Origin: Vicugna vicugna
Taxonomy: Eukaryota
Assembly (NCBI GenBank): GCA_013265495.1
Contig: MU058636.1
Span: forward strand, 2,604,001 to 2,668,000
Direction: 5' to 3'
DNA: 64,000 bases
Part shown: positions 47,951 to 62,021 of the stretch, one piece after another
How the letters are laid out: every line of letters begins with the position of its first letter
Position numbering within the stretch: the first letter of the stretch is position 1
Position numbers and translations under genes: made by a program
Notes under the pieces: model-generated
Seen by the model: only the letters and a program-made list of their open reading frames with translations
The model's database searches: none
Told to the model about the DNA's origin: nothing

Positions 47951-50143
47951 ACCTCCTCTGCTAAGCCCCAGGCTGGGGCTGGGACAGTCACCTATCTTGG
48001 AGCTGGTTTGACCTCACTGTGGCCTTGACAGTGACTCCCCGGAGAGCTCCGGGGCCTGCGGGTACGAGGCACAGGTGAGCAGGAGGAGCCGCATTGACTG
48101 GACACAGCAGGGCAGTGCTGCTGGATGGAGAGGATGTACTTGCTTGGCATTTTTTCCTAATTACCACACTGTCGTTCTCAAGCTAGAGCCGTTCACGTGT
48201 GTAACTTACTGCCTTGTCAGTCCAGCACTTCGGAGGTTACCAGGGTGACGGTGTCGTGCTGTCAGCAAAGGGCTGCTTTCCAGGCATTTCTGAACTTGGA
48301 AACCTTGACCACAGTCAGCCCCGGGGACATTTACATCATCTCTGTAGTGGACTTTGGTAACTACAGGTTTTTCCCTTTTAATGCAAACAACCAGATTCAA
48401 GTGATTTGCCCTGAGAAGGTACCAACATAGGCATGTGGGCACAGAAGAGCTCTCTCAGGACCCTGTGCGGAGACGCAGGAGCGGCCCAGCTGCCGCGTGG
48501 CTGGCTGTGGCGACGCCCGGAGGCCCGGTCACGGGCTTTCTCAGATGCGCCTTCCAGACCTGCCGCTCCAGAGCCTCGTGCTGCCTCTGCCTGTCCAAGT
48601 CGCGTTCGTTGTTAGTCATGCTGTTCTTGGGGGTTCAGAAATCCAGTTTGAGTTTGAGGGTATCTCTTTAGACAGTAAAGAGCCATAGAAAATGGGAAAA
48701 TCTCAGAAAGAATCTGTCTCTTGGTGGCTTCAACATTCCATGGCTGGCACTAGAATTTCCAAGATAAAGTAGTTTTAGTTTTTGTCATTTTTACATAATT
48801 GACTCAGAGGGAATCTGATTTAGAAGAATTACAGGTATAAGAACAGTGATGAGAAGCGGTTGTTAAGGAGCGAGGCGGTAGTTAACGCTTGTCTCCCTGG
48901 GTGACAGCCTTACTGAGATTGTGCTGTCCTGGCAGCTAGGGAGCGAGCCTGTGTTCTCCACGCTCAGAAGTTCTTTAGCAGTGTCTGTGAAGGAGGCTAA
49001 CTAACGTGCAAATGATGGGCTGGGGACTGTGCGGTGTCTGGGCTGCTGTGCGGAAGAGACACAGCTGGACTGAGCTGGTGCTGAACCCGCAGACCTCTCC
49101 CTGGATGAAATCCTGGGGGCAGAGCTAATTGTCAGCCCACCACTCCCTGCTTATGAGAGCCTTCATATTCAGACCTAGAAAGAAAGAGAAATAGCTCAGG
49201 ATGCATTTTCCCTGAGTGTCCCTCTGACTTTTTTGAGTGGGTGTGGTTGGACAGTAGTTGGTAATGACTGTGAAATTACATAATCAGTTTCTTATTCTGT
49301 CCCGTTTACCATGCAAAGTCTGCAGGACCATGCAGAGCAGGACTTTGTACAGTGTCTGCAAAGAAATATGTCAACCATGTGGTGAGTACAGTGCAGTGAG
49401 TTATTTCCCAAGTGGTAAATTAAGCTGGGAAGAGCTGTTAACAGCCCAGGAGTCCATAAGGAGGTCATAAATCTCAAATTTTGCTTTGTGCCAAAATAGT
49501 TTATTAAAGCAACGATAGTACTCGGGCAAAATTTATTGAGTAATAAATCAGTCAAATTAAGCCATTACTGTTTGTGTGGATGCTCATAAACTTCATCGAG
49601 CTCTTAAATATTTTGTTCAAATTTTCTGAGATGTGTGGGATTTACTGAGGTCGTGTTCGGGGAAAGGTCTAGGTTAGTGAGTACGCAGAATAATAGGTGT
49701 GTGATTCTGTTCAGGGCATGAAACCTGGTTGTTAAAAATGCTAACCATGTCATATTTCCCCTACTACACTTGAAGTTTTAATTATTTGTTTTTAAACCCA
49801 AACTAGTGCGTTGTCTCTGAGGCCGTAGTTAAGCTGCCTACAGCGTACCCGGGAACAGCACTAACCACTAAGAGTGGATGAAAAGCAGAGATGGTAAATT
49901 CAGATGTTAGAGAGTGAACACAGGATGCCCTGGGTGTGCGAGGAAGGGCTGGGGAGGAGAATGCTAGGGGGAAGTACTGGAAGAGAGGATAGAACCAAAA
50001 TATGCATTTCAGCCAGGATTAACTCACTGGGGACACTGAATCAGTAGCGTAAGTTTACGCTTTAGACCAATGAGCAGAACATTGAAACGGGATTATTTCC
50101 AGCCTTCTGATAGCAGAAGTCCTGTTAATATGCACCTTGACGA

Positions 50144-50456
50144 TGTGGAAGATTAATAAACAGAAACCTCAATTAAATGGAATGCGGAGACCAGAAGGGG
50201 GCACTCTCACGAGCTGTGAGACTCCCTTCTTTCCTGCAAGGACTCAGCCAATAAAAAGCCGAGGACTGTTCGTTGACGTTAGAACCCCTCCCAGCAGCCT
50301 TTTCCCCTCTATAAAAGTGTTCTCTTTCCCTTGCTGGGCAGGGACTTGCATGTGGCCTGCCATGGCTGAGGACCCAGGTCTGCAGTTCTCTGCTGATCTG
50401 GATAAACCCATCTTTGCTGGAGAAATACCTGGCAGTCTATTTGTTTCAGGTCAACA
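50144..50456 (+). mobile_element. ERV1-like solo LTR
   Basis: TG...CA termini (TGTGGAAG...GGTCAACA), a 4-bp TSD-like pair ACGA/AAGA, CCAAT near 50248, TATAAAA near 50310, and a polyA-like GATAAA. Confidence 0.7.
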
Positions 50457-51494
50457 AAGAGCTCTTTGTGGTTGCTAAACAATGCAGGAGCTGATCGGAG
50501 AGTGGCATGCCTTGAATGTCTTTCTCGTTTTCTCCTGCAGTGACATCGAGTGCTGGGTCAGGGAGAACCGGAGATGGGGAAAGGAGCGGAGCTCAGCGTT
50601 CACTTCCATTCAGCACTTCTGGGCCAGGCGGCGCGTTCAGTCTTAAGAGCTGTGATAGTGAGTCACAGCCCTTGGACTGGTGTTGAAAGATACACAGAGT
50701 GTCATCTTCGAAAGGAGAGGGCAGTTGAAGGGGCCTGTGGGTGCCAGAAAGGGGGCTTAATTCAGCCTGAGGGAGTCAGGAGGGTCATCCCAGTGAAGGG
50801 GAGGCCTGAGCAGTTGTAGGAGGGGAACAACCTAAGCCAAAAAAAACCCCAACACAACAACAAAAAAAAACAGAAGCAAAAAGCAGTGTGATGTGTTCAC
50901 GGGACTAAAAGAAATGGGTATTTTGGAGCCATCAAATCATGGGCAGAAGCCGGGAGATGAGGCTGGAGGTGGACCCCTGTGTGCTGGCTGCAGAGCCTGA
51001 AGGTGGCGCCTTTGAAGGTGACTTAGGTGATCAGACGTGTGTTTGAAAGAGCTCGCTCTGGCAGCAGGGACGGGAGGAAGGTAAATTTGAGACTCACAGA
51101 GGCTGTACACATAACCAAGTTGGGATGGCATAGGCCTAAACTCCTGGAGATGTTACAGACTCAGAAAAATGTGAAGCCCTACTTTTGGTGGATTTCTTTA
51201 GTCTATTTTTTTTTTAAGTAAGAGCTGTTTAAAACATCTAGAACTACACTAGGTATGTACTATCCTAGGGAGAGTTGAGAAAATAATCCTGCAAATCATT
51301 TTCTGCTTTATGGCTGACGAGAACCACCTGTTGAGAAAGTCTGAGCAGAATTACCGGGTATCAGTGTCACAGGGTTCGTGCGGAGTTACTCCTTCCACCA
51401 GCCGTGGGCACGGGCCCTTCAGCCCGATGCGCCAGCTCAGCCCCCAGCACTGCGTACGAGGACTGGTCCCCGTCCTTGTCTACAGATATCGTTA

Positions 51495-53000
51495 GATTGT
51501 TCTGTCTTTGCCAACCTGGGCTGTAAACATTATCTCATTGTTTTAATTTTTGTTTTCTTAATTATTAGTCTGTGTGAGCACCTTTTTCATATATACTTTT
51601 TATGATTAGGATTTCTTCTATAACTTGCCAATTTGTATACTTTCTATTTTCCTATTCCGGTATTGTCTCTTTTTAACTAATTTTTAGGCTTATTTATATA
51701 TTCTAGTTATCAATCCTTTACTAGTCATATGAATAGCAGATATATTTTAAATTTCCTTACAGCATGTTTTTTGTTTTATTTAATTTTAAAATTTTTTTGA
51801 AGTATAGTCATTTTACAATGTGCTGTTAATTTCTGGTGGACAACAATGTGATTCAGTTATACAAATATATATTCCTTTTCATATTCTTTTTCATTATAGG
51901 CTATCTCTTTTGGATACAAGTTTTTCATTTTAGTTTAATTTTAATGGAACGTATCAGCCTTTTCCTTTATGGTGTGCACTGTTTGTGTTTCTTGAGACAC
52001 CCTTCCCTACTCACGGTTTTCCCCCAATATATTTCTCTATAAGGGTTAAAAATTCACTTTTTGTTTTACAGTTTTTATTCATCTTGCAGCTGATCAGTTG
52101 ATCTTTCAGTCTAGCATGAGGTAGAGAGCTCCTTTCATTTTTTGTTGAGAAATAACCAGTGGCCCAGGAACTGTTTTTGAAAGAGGCTGTCTTTGCACAT
52201 GGCCATGGGTCACCACCCCCACATGGCTTTCTATGTGTGTGTAGGATTGTTTCAGGATTCTCTACTCGACTGCATTCTGTTTATCTCTGTTGTCAGTCCT
52301 GCCTCTCTTTAATTGTGATAGCTTTATCCTAAGTTTTGAGATGTGGCAGGGAAATTTCTCTCTCTTTCTTCTTTATCATTATCTTGCCTATTCTTGGACC
52401 TTGGTTCTTACGTATGAATTTGGAATCAGCTTGTTGAGCTGAAAAATTAACTTGTTGGGATTTTTATTATAATTATTCCTTGAGTTAATAGGATAATTTG
52501 GGGAGAACTAATATTTATGATACTGTTTTATTTTTCATGAATATGCTGTATCTTTGCATATATTCAAGTATTCTGTTATGTTTCTCAGTAACATTTTGAA
52601 ATTTACTTCAAAAAGATCTTCTGCATCTTTTGTATGATTTGCTCCTGGAGCCTTATCATTTTCCAGCTGTTATCTCTTCAAATGTTTCTCCTACTCTTCA
52701 TCTATCTCTCAGATTGCTTAACTGTTCATTTTAAGCTTTGGTCTTTCTGTGCTGCTTTGTGGGTGAATTCCGCAGAACTCTCTTCTAATTCACTAAATTT
52801 TGCTTCCACTCTTTGGTCCAGAATTAATCCCATCTGGACTGTTTTTATTTATTTAAATGACCACATCTTCCATTTCCAAAAATTCTAATTAGTTCTCTTC
52901 TATATCCATATGTTGTTGCATTTCTGCCTGTTTTCATTCTATAATGTCTTGGGTTTTTTTTTTTAAATGCGTGTGCTTTATTTCTCTAAAATATCCTAAA
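51495..53000 (-). mobile_element. Ancient L1 (L1ME-type) remnants, antisense, with a short younger L1 tail at ~51790-51903
   Basis: tatctcattgttttaatt..ttcttaattattagt..gagcacctttttcatat, ttttggatacaag and gaatcagcttgt..ttgggatttt are diverged antisense ORF2 motifs. Confidence 0.65.
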
Positions 53001-55339
53001 CATACTTATTTTAAAATCTTTTTCAGACTAGTCCATAACATGCATTTATTCACAGTAAATTCATGTAGATTTTGTTGGCTGTGTTTCTTAGCAGTAGATG
53101 TATTATGTTTTGCAGCTTTGTTTATTCATTTTGTTGTTTCTATTTTTTCTCCTTTTCTGCCTCCATGTTTGCCTTCCTTACCCAGAGGCTGTGACTGCCA
53201 AGCCCTGGGTCCTCCAGTCCAGAAGGAGGTCTTCATAGGATTTGAGCTCCTGTGTTGTGATGACATTATCTCTGATCCAATCAGTGTACCCAGATGTAGT
53301 GGGAGGTCGGGGCTGCCATGTCTTCTGTCACCAGGCTGGATCTGCTTCCTCCAGCCTCACTAGATCTACAGTGAAAGCAAGTTTGTTCAGCATCCTTCCC
53401 AAAGCTGCCCACCTTCTCCAATGGCCCTGCTGGACAGAGGAGTGCAGCGTATCCCTGTCCCCATAGGAACCTGCCTCCAGACTGGGAGCCTCGTGGACCC
53501 TTCCCACGGCTTCATGCACCATTCCAATCCTGATTCACAACTCTGTCTCCATTTGGAAGACCAGTGTGGTTACTTCTGTTTATATTTTATATCTATCATT
53601 GGCGTATGTTTGGAGCAGAGGATAGACATCAAAATGTGATCATATTTTGCCATCTCGACCAAGTCCCAAAAACTGACTTTTAAAAAAGATAATTTTCAAA
53701 GCGGTATGGTGTCACCCTAACATTTACCTATCACAGCTGTGCAATTCTGCAGCCTTTCAACCCCTGCTTCCATCTGTCTTTCTGGCCATAGATTTGAGGG
53801 TGATATTCTTTCAGTGAATCATATCATGATCCACCAGCCGAAAGATTAATTCAGGAGACATGATTAGAAAGAGACATCTGAATAGTTTATCTGAGACATA
53901 AGGCATGGACATCAGTGACAGGATTTTATAACTGAAATGAATTCTCTTTAGTTTTCTTGTCTTACCAAATTAGCATCAGAATGTTTTTACCAGTTTAGGG
54001 AAGGCGATGTCAGAAAGTCTAAGTGCTTTTCTGGTCATAAATTATATCTGTGTTCGTGCACTGACTAAAGAAATACTTTCTGTCACTAAAATACCCAGTT
54101 TACCTTTTGGAACAAGAATGATAATATGGCATTAATATTGTTCTGGGATGCACCACACTCTGTAATTTTTTTCAGCAATTTGTCCACAGTCTAAGTAAAT
54201 AAGAAATTGTGCTTCTCTTTGATCAGCTCTCTGTTCATTACTTCATGCTTCCAGCATAACAGTGGAATCAACCTGGAATTGATGTGTCCTGTAGAATTAG
54301 GAGTGTGTCTCCCAAGATGCCATATTAAATTTAGGTTAGTGCTGGCCGTACTTTTCCACCGTTCCACTGGGTTAATGTTTGCCAGTATCTCATCATCTTA
54401 GAATGTTCTAATGAAACAACTTCCCTCAGATTAAAAAGATAGCATTACAGATTGTTTGTGGACCTCTCAGATTTGCACTCATTTTTAGCTTAAATTAAAA
54501 GATACGCATTTAAAAGATGAAAAAGGTATAAAGTACTTGAGGGTAGTTCATTGTGGATTCTGCCAAATAATATTTGACGTTGTGGCCAAATTTAATGTTA
54601 AACTTCTAAGTGGTGGTTTATGTTCTCATTTATACTATGGCGAGAAGAAGGTGATGGTGTTAGATTTTAAATATTAGAGCATCAAAGCTTTTCATACAAA
54701 GGATTCAGAGAGCTGGACACTTTCAGTCCGTCAGAGGCCATGTCACATGACGCCGCATGGAAACTCCATTTGAATTCCCCAAGCAGGACCTAGATTCCTT
54801 TTGTAAAATGTTTCTAAATTTTAAACATGACAAAAACATTAAATTTTTCCTTCCAAATCTTTCAAGACTATAGAGCTCAGTGGGGAATCATCTGAATTAG
54901 TAGAATGTGGAAATAAATCTTTAAATACCTGAATTGCTTTTACGTTTACTCGGAGCCTGTTTAATATTGAAACCTTTGCCGAGGAAAGGGTCTCTCTTGA
55001 CTTTTTAGCCAAAGAATATAATTTGCATAAATAGAAGTAATCAGCAACCTCATAGATAAGGCTTGTGACTTCTGAAGCTTCGCTTAAGTGTCAAGGTTAA
55101 ACTATTGTGCAGATGATATTTGATTTTAGAATCCTTTCAAGATGAGGATTGCAGGTTTTAGAATGATAGCAGGATTCCCGGGTTTTCTCGTTTCTCGTCA
55201 CTGTGCCTGGAACCCAAATCTGGAGGTGGGAGAGGCAGTGCCATCTAAAACAGAAGGACTCCTGTTGGGTCATGAAAAATTGAGAGGGACCTGCCCCTAG
55301 TGGACAGTGTCAGCCATCACTGAATGTCTACTTTCCACG

Positions 55340-55362
55340 ATGGATGGATGGATGGATGGATG
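55340..55362 (+). repeat. (TGGA)n tetranucleotide microsatellite
   Basis: About 5.5 TGGA units seen directly. Confidence 0.9.
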
Positions 55363-55889
55363 CATGCATCTGTGACGCTGGGGGCATGTGACCCAAGACC
55401 TCGTTTCCTGGAGCCGTAGGAAGAGACTGAGCCTTGTGGCTTCTCTTCTAGCTAGGGAGGAGCCGAGAGTCCCATCAAGTCAACCCCTTGAAGCTGTTCT
55501 TCGCGTGCTGTGGAGATTGCCACTGGGCTGGGATTCTTGCCTTCTGTGAAAAACAGGGGAGGATGAAATTATAGGCAGGGCTGACATCACTCTTACCTCT
55601 GGGAGGGAAGCTGCTTTAAACCAGGAATGGAGGAGCCTGCTGTCAGGCGTTGCTGCTATGCACTCCCCCAAGCAGGAGTCCCACACCACTCCTGCAGGTT
55701 ACGTGCTTGTTCAGTCGTACGACCCGGGATGTCTCAAACCTGGCAGAGAGGGGAAGACTCACAGCCGAGAGAATATTAGGGTGTGGATGGCTGGAAGTCC
55801 CATGTTCCACTGAAAACTTACACGTTTTCCAAAAAAAAAATCACGTAGATTTTGTATTTTATTCCAAAATATATCCAGTTTTATATTAA

Positions 55890-56510
55890 TAGAACTGTAG
55901 TATCTCTTTTGTGAATTATTACAGTCTTTGTGAAATACAATTTGGCAATATCTGTTAACATTAAAAATATATGTACGCTTTCGCTCAGCAGTCTTACTCC
56001 CGGGAATCAGTCTCATAGAAATGAAAGCATGAGGACATCAAGATAGATGTATAGTGATATGTGTGACCACATGTCACGGCAAAAATTGGAATAAAATGAA
56101 TGGCATTCAACAGGGAAGTGGCTGAATATAAATCGTGGAGCCAACACATCGTAGAATTGCGCAGCCATCAAAGAGAGTGAATGGGAACCCTGCCAGGTGA
56201 CTTGAGCGGGATTTCTCTGCATAAAGCAAAATGCAGGGAAGTGCGTCTAAGAGCCTATTTTTATACAACAATGACGGAATAACTGTATATGTTTCTGTAT
56301 GTTTTGTAGATAATATAGGCATGAGGAACTAGGCAGCTCACCAAGTTCCCTGTGGTAGGAGGGGTGAGAGAAGAGGAAGGAAGGGATGGTGGGAGGCGGA
56401 GGAGGGAGGGAAAGAAGGAGAAGGAGAGAGAGAACGAGAATACTGTGTTTATATAATCATGTGAAATTAGACGTGTGTGTGTGACCTGTGGAATGCAGAC
56501 TTTAAATAAA
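55890..56510 (+). mobile_element. Ancient L1ME-type 3' remnant
   Basis: caatttggcaatatct..cagcagtcttactcccgggaat..caacagggaagtggctgaata..gcagccatcaaa. Confidence 0.55.
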
Positions 56511-59500
56511 CAAACTGCCCCCCTTCTTGTAAATCTGGAAGTTGCACGGGCTCAGGCTAAGTGGCTGTGCCCTCCTCCTGTCTCATCACATCCTAGCCCT
56601 AGGAGCAGTGGAGCAGTGGTATCCTGGCTTGAGAAGCTTGAACCTGACAGCATCCATGGTGTGAAGATCTGAGGGTATAAACTCTTCCCCTGCCTCCAAC
56701 GGCAGGCGTGCCCGCCCTCTGGGGAGGTTCTGTTGGTTCTGCCATGATGTGACCGTGAAGGGGCTTCCTGACTGAGGCGGGCTGTGGTCATTTTTAAGAC
56801 TTCCTGGACATTGGTCCCTTGGTGCTGAGGCTTGGTTTCTGCTGGCTCTCCTGCCGTTGCTTTCCATAGTAGTCCTGGTTCTTTCTGTGGTTCCACCTTT
56901 GGTTATCAGCTTTAATCTTGCTTGACCTCTCGCTTTCATGTAATTTCTACATCTGATCCATCCTTTTATTGTAAAGTACTTTTTTCCCCTTTTCCTTCAT
57001 TCCTTTCTTGGCTTTTACTTAAAATAGCCCATCTTCTTGACCCACCTTGCCCTGGTCCAGGAAGGACTATACTAAATACGGTTTCCTTTCATTGACTTTT
57101 CATGGAACGTTCTGAAACAGTTATGTTACTGATAACAGCAGAGAGTCAGATGTATCTGTAATCTATTTCACATTGCTTTAAATGTTACATGCATGAATCT
57201 TATAGATGAATTTGGATGTTTGGATGGGACTTTGTCTCATTTTAGCATATTAGTTTCTTTGCCTTAAAAATAACCTCACAGATTTTTTTTGGGAAGGGAA
57301 TCTTAAAGGTCATTTAATGCAACTTCAACTAAAATAATCCTTTCTGAAACACCTCCACAGAGCACCTGGCCAAATTTTGAAACATTTTCCTATCATATAG
57401 AAAACTTACTATCTCCAGAGGTGACTCATTTTCATCTGGGTACGTTTCTTCCTTATTATATTATGTTTGAATCTAACCAGGCATCTTTCTGTATTCCTAC
57501 TGGCAGAGAGGTGAAAATTAGATCCTTTCGTGATGAAGATAACATCATCAAGTGCCTCTAAAATGTTTCATACACAGTGAGTAGCATTATGGAAGGAACT
57601 ACCAGGCATTCCAGAAGACAGGACCAAATCACTGAAAACCAAGAGGGAAAACACTTGATAACGTCACCTCGTGAGACTGCTAGAAGGCTAGGCTGCTCTT
57701 CCTACTCCTCCGAGTGCCCTGGGCTACAAGTCACTGAAAGCTCCAAGGGGAGAAAGCAGGGGGAAGGTCTGGCTCACTTCTTAATATGTTTTGCTTCTTG
57801 CTGGCATGTTGGCTGCTTTGGTTGCTCTCTGATATCTTCAAGCAGCTAACTTTTGTATTTCTTTTTTTTTTTGTGGTTGTCACTATTTTCTGTAGGAAGG
57901 TTGGTCTAATACAAGCTTCTCCTTCAAAGTCAGATGCAAACTGAACATACATGATAATAAAACATGTCAATTAAACATTGGTAATTTATTTTCATAAAAT
58001 TTAAAATCAGATACCATTTTGGAGGAATTAAGGTTTCAACTTTACAGTCTGGGGATGAGAGTTCAGGCCTTCATTTTTGTTTCGAGAGACTAATTTCAGT
58101 ATAGGAAAGCGAGCTGAATTGTTCATGCTTATGACTCTATCTAGTTCCCGTATTCGTGTACCACTGTGAGTAGCCAGGTGAAAGAGTGTTCCAAGAACTG
58201 GGTGGGTTGCAGCATCACCCAGGGATGCCAAGTCTCTGAGCCACTGTTTAGCATCAGGATTTTGCTTGCATGGTGAGAAAAAATTTATTCCTTCCAAAAC
58301 TTAAAAAAATATCTCCAGCATCACCTCCCAGCTTCATACAGTATCACTAAATACCGTATTGTACGTCTGGTCCATCCAGCCAAACTTTGGTTTGCTGAGG
58401 TTTTCAAGCTGTAAGAGTGAATCTAGTTCATAGTTTTATAATGTTCTGTTTCTAACTTCTTAGCGCAAAGCCTTTCTTGGTGAATGATTCAATAAACTGA
58501 CTTAAATTATCCTTATAAGTGTTGTTGAATGTTATGTAACATAACACAAGTACATTATGTTTTATATCATGTGTGAAATTACCAGCCATGGGAGGATCCT
58601 CTTTGGACATAGTTACTACATTAAAATACTAAAAAAAAAAAAACCCAAAAAAACCCACTTTAAACACTTTACCCAGCTCACCAATGTAAGTAATTTCCTG
58701 CTGTTGTCTATCTCATGGGCACCGTGTCCAGCACTGCTTCAGTCACATCCACGTTCTCTTCAACCCACAGATAAATGTAGCTTACAGTGCTCTCGTTAGC
58801 TGCAGTAGAAAATGTCACCAGCAGTTTATCTTTATCTTTTTCATGCCACTTGTCCTTTAAGTTTTCCACTAATTCTTCAGTACCCTGAACAACAGTGTTT
58901 CGGATCACACTTACATTTCCACAAGGCTATTTCTGTCTGGTCAGGACACGTAATCACAGCTGTATTCTGTGAACATTTTTATAAACTCACCATCCCTAGA
59001 AGGTTGACTGCTCAGCAGTTATTTTACCTAATTCATTATTTTACACTTGTAGCAGCTATTTCATTCACTTTGTTTCTATCAGAAACAAATCTGGTGGGTT
59101 TTAGTAGAAACAAATAAAATAGTCTTTTTCTCCTTGTATTAAGGTTTTATTACAAATCTTTCCTTATGCCAGAATTTATTGTGGTTTATTTAAAAATGGC
59201 ATCTTATGTTGTATTCTCCCAGTGCAGACATGCATCTGTGCATATTAAACACCTAGCATATTTTTATGTGGAAATGAAGAATATTACTTTCTCGTTTTTA
59301 TGGCACATTAAGCTTTTTAGATATGTCTTATATTTTCCTGCTTTTAATATGGTTGCAAGAAATATTTTACTTTCCTTTCATCCAAGTGTAAGAGAAACAG
59401 TGGTGCAGCTTGGTGACTAATGGCAGTGACACTGGACCATAGAGTTGGGTGGACATTAGAGAACAGTGGGGACTGTGGCAAACTCAAGAGTTGGTGCTCT

Positions 59501-61811
59501 GTCTACAGATGGAGGCCACTACCCAGCTCCAGCCAGGTGTCATTTAGCATTTCCATATCTTCTGATTGAAAAAAATTAAAGCCAGAAATTCTTATGTTTA
59601 GTGAAATCCCTCTATTTTGAATATGATTAATTAATTCCATGGTTTCTGAAAACAGTGTGTGGACCCAACAATATGTCAGTTTTATATGACCATAGATGCC
59701 AAGGATGTTAGAGTTGAAAGGAACCTTAGGGCTTATCAAAAATGAACAACTGCTGAGAGGAAGAATTCAGACCAGAACCCAGACTCCAGCTGCCCATTCC
59801 AGGACACTGTAGGTTTCTAATCTGTTAAGCTTTTGATCTGCCCTGTTACTGCGAAATGCTGCTATAAACAGATAGTCAAAGCAGAAAGAGTTCAGGGAGT
59901 GGTGGTTGGTTGGTTGATTGGTTGTAAGTTTCCTGTTTTCGACCTGAATTAATTGAGCAATTCCACCCACGTTTTGCTCACTTTTACCTCAATCGATATG
60001 ATTGTTGGGGGTGAGAGGGAGTTAGTACTCGCTGGGTTTCCTCACATTATCTACAGTTCAGAATTAATTAGTTTTGCTTTCTGCTTTCTTTCAAGTAGGT
60101 AGAAAATCCTTCTTTCACAACATGGGGCGTTCACTATTCTAGGAGCAACGCTGTGGGAGTGAATGCATTCCTCACAAGAGTGGAAGTGTTAGAATTTAGA
60201 GTTGCTTTTTTTTTCTTTTTAAATACCCGAATTAGGAAGGATTTGCCAGTGAAGGTTCAGGCTCCTGTCCAGAGGGGCCACGAAAGCACTGGACCTGCGA
60301 TGAAGAAGAAGAACTTGTCAGTGACTCTGAGCGCACACCATGTGAAGTGCAAACTCGACCACATGCTGGCCTTGCTGCTGCCTTTTTAAAATTTAAGTTA
60401 ACAAGGTTTCGCCTTTCTTTCTACTCTCTGTTCCTTCCACTTGGATGTGGTTCAACCACTATCGGGTGCCATTGCTTGAGAGTTTTGATTTTTGCATTTT
60501 GCGGAAGGTTTTTGGCAATGTGGAAACACCCTGAGCCTGGCGTGGGGGTGGGGGGCGGGGGCGGGGAGGTGACAAAGATGTGGACTCTGCCCAGGCCCCT
60601 GAGGGGAAGACAGATGTGATGCCACTAAAGGGACAGTGATGCTGAGCGCACTGGCTTCTTGGGACCGAGTCAGTGAGGATGCCCAGCATAAATCTATCTA
60701 GAAGTGGAATAGGTCAAATTGTAGTCAGCATGGATATCATTTTAAATTTCTTTTGTATAAGTGGGATCATCTGAAGTACAAAGTTGAACAGTTTTATTAC
60801 CACCAGTGGTCAACAGCAGCCTGCCAGGGTCGCCGTGACAAGCTGCAATTCCGAGCGTGTGCTGGGAGAGAGGTGACTGCACTTCACCCGCCCACAGACA
60901 TCTTGTGTTTGTGGGGACCCAGTCTCAGCTTTTTAATTCTGTCTAAGAAGTTGCTATTTCCAGGGAAACATTTCGGCTATGATTTGGGAAGGGAGAAGTA
61001 AATCTACCGTATCGCCCGGAGGTTGATAGGAAAAGAAGGAAAATAACTGTTTTGAGTGCTTTTGGAAGGAAACAAAAATGAGCCCTTTTAGTCATTCCTA
61101 TTTCAGAAGGTTATTCTCATCTGAAAAAGGCATTTGAGAGGTTGAAATGGAACATTGCCATCGCTGTACCTCACACAGCGCAGAGAAGTAATAGGCAATT
61201 ATCTTTGTAGGTTCTTCTCAAGAGAAACGCTGCATAGGACTGGGCCTCCCTTCGCAAATAAAATGGGGAATTGAGCAGTTATTCAGTGAATTTCAAACAG
61301 TGTCAAGAGCTTATCATGATTTTTGCCCTGAAGTACGTGGACGGACTTTCTAGGGTAAAAATAGCTCCTGGGCTCTGTCTCATTATAATGATAGTATGGT
61401 TTCATGGACAGAAAAAATTCAAACAATAGAGAAAACCACACAAAGGAATTGATTTCAGTTCTTCACTTCAGAAGGCCCTATTGTGTGCAGGTTGGGTGCC
61501 AAGGACTCCGTAGTATTCAGCCCTTTCTAACCGCTGCCTGAGTGGGTCACTGCAAACGGTTCTTCCAGACATTGCTCTGTGTAAATACATAACTAAGCAA
61601 GTGAATACTGGTTGATGAACAGTTTTGTAAGAAATCATCTCATACGACATGAGCAGTTCTGCTGCACATAACCTGTCTAAATGGTGATGCATCACTGAGG
61701 AGTATAACCGTGTGTCACACCCCTTACAGGCTGCATGGTATTCAGTTGTGATTCCACCGTTGTTTAGGTAAAGCATTTCCTATTGAAAAGCATTTAGATT
61801 GTTTCTAGAGT

Positions 61812-62020
61812 TATCTATTTTTTATTTTAAATAATTTTAATTAAATTTTAATTTAATTTGAATATTTTAATGAAATCATAATTTTAATAAAAATAATTTT
61901 AAATAAATTCAATTATTTTGGTTTTTTAAAAATTCATAGATTTTAATAAAAATAATTTTAATACAATAATAATAATTGAATAAATTTAATTACTTTGTTA
62001 TTTAAAAAAATTAATAGATG
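61812..62020. repeat. Extremely AT-rich low-complexity tract
   Basis: Almost entirely A/T. Contains the direct repeat TTTTAATAAAAATAATTTTAA twice. Confidence 0.9.
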
Positions 62021-62021
62021 T

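Noticed and set aside
56897..56911. CTTTGGTTATCAGCT resembles mature miR-9 (TCTTTGGTTATCTAGCT...)
   Set aside because: Only a gapped partial match. The 3' part differs and I see no complementary star arm or hairpin.
56552..56939. Two overlapping ~115-aa minus-strand ORFs
   Set aside because: No recognisable domain and no convincing splice boundaries; ORFs of this size are expected by chance.
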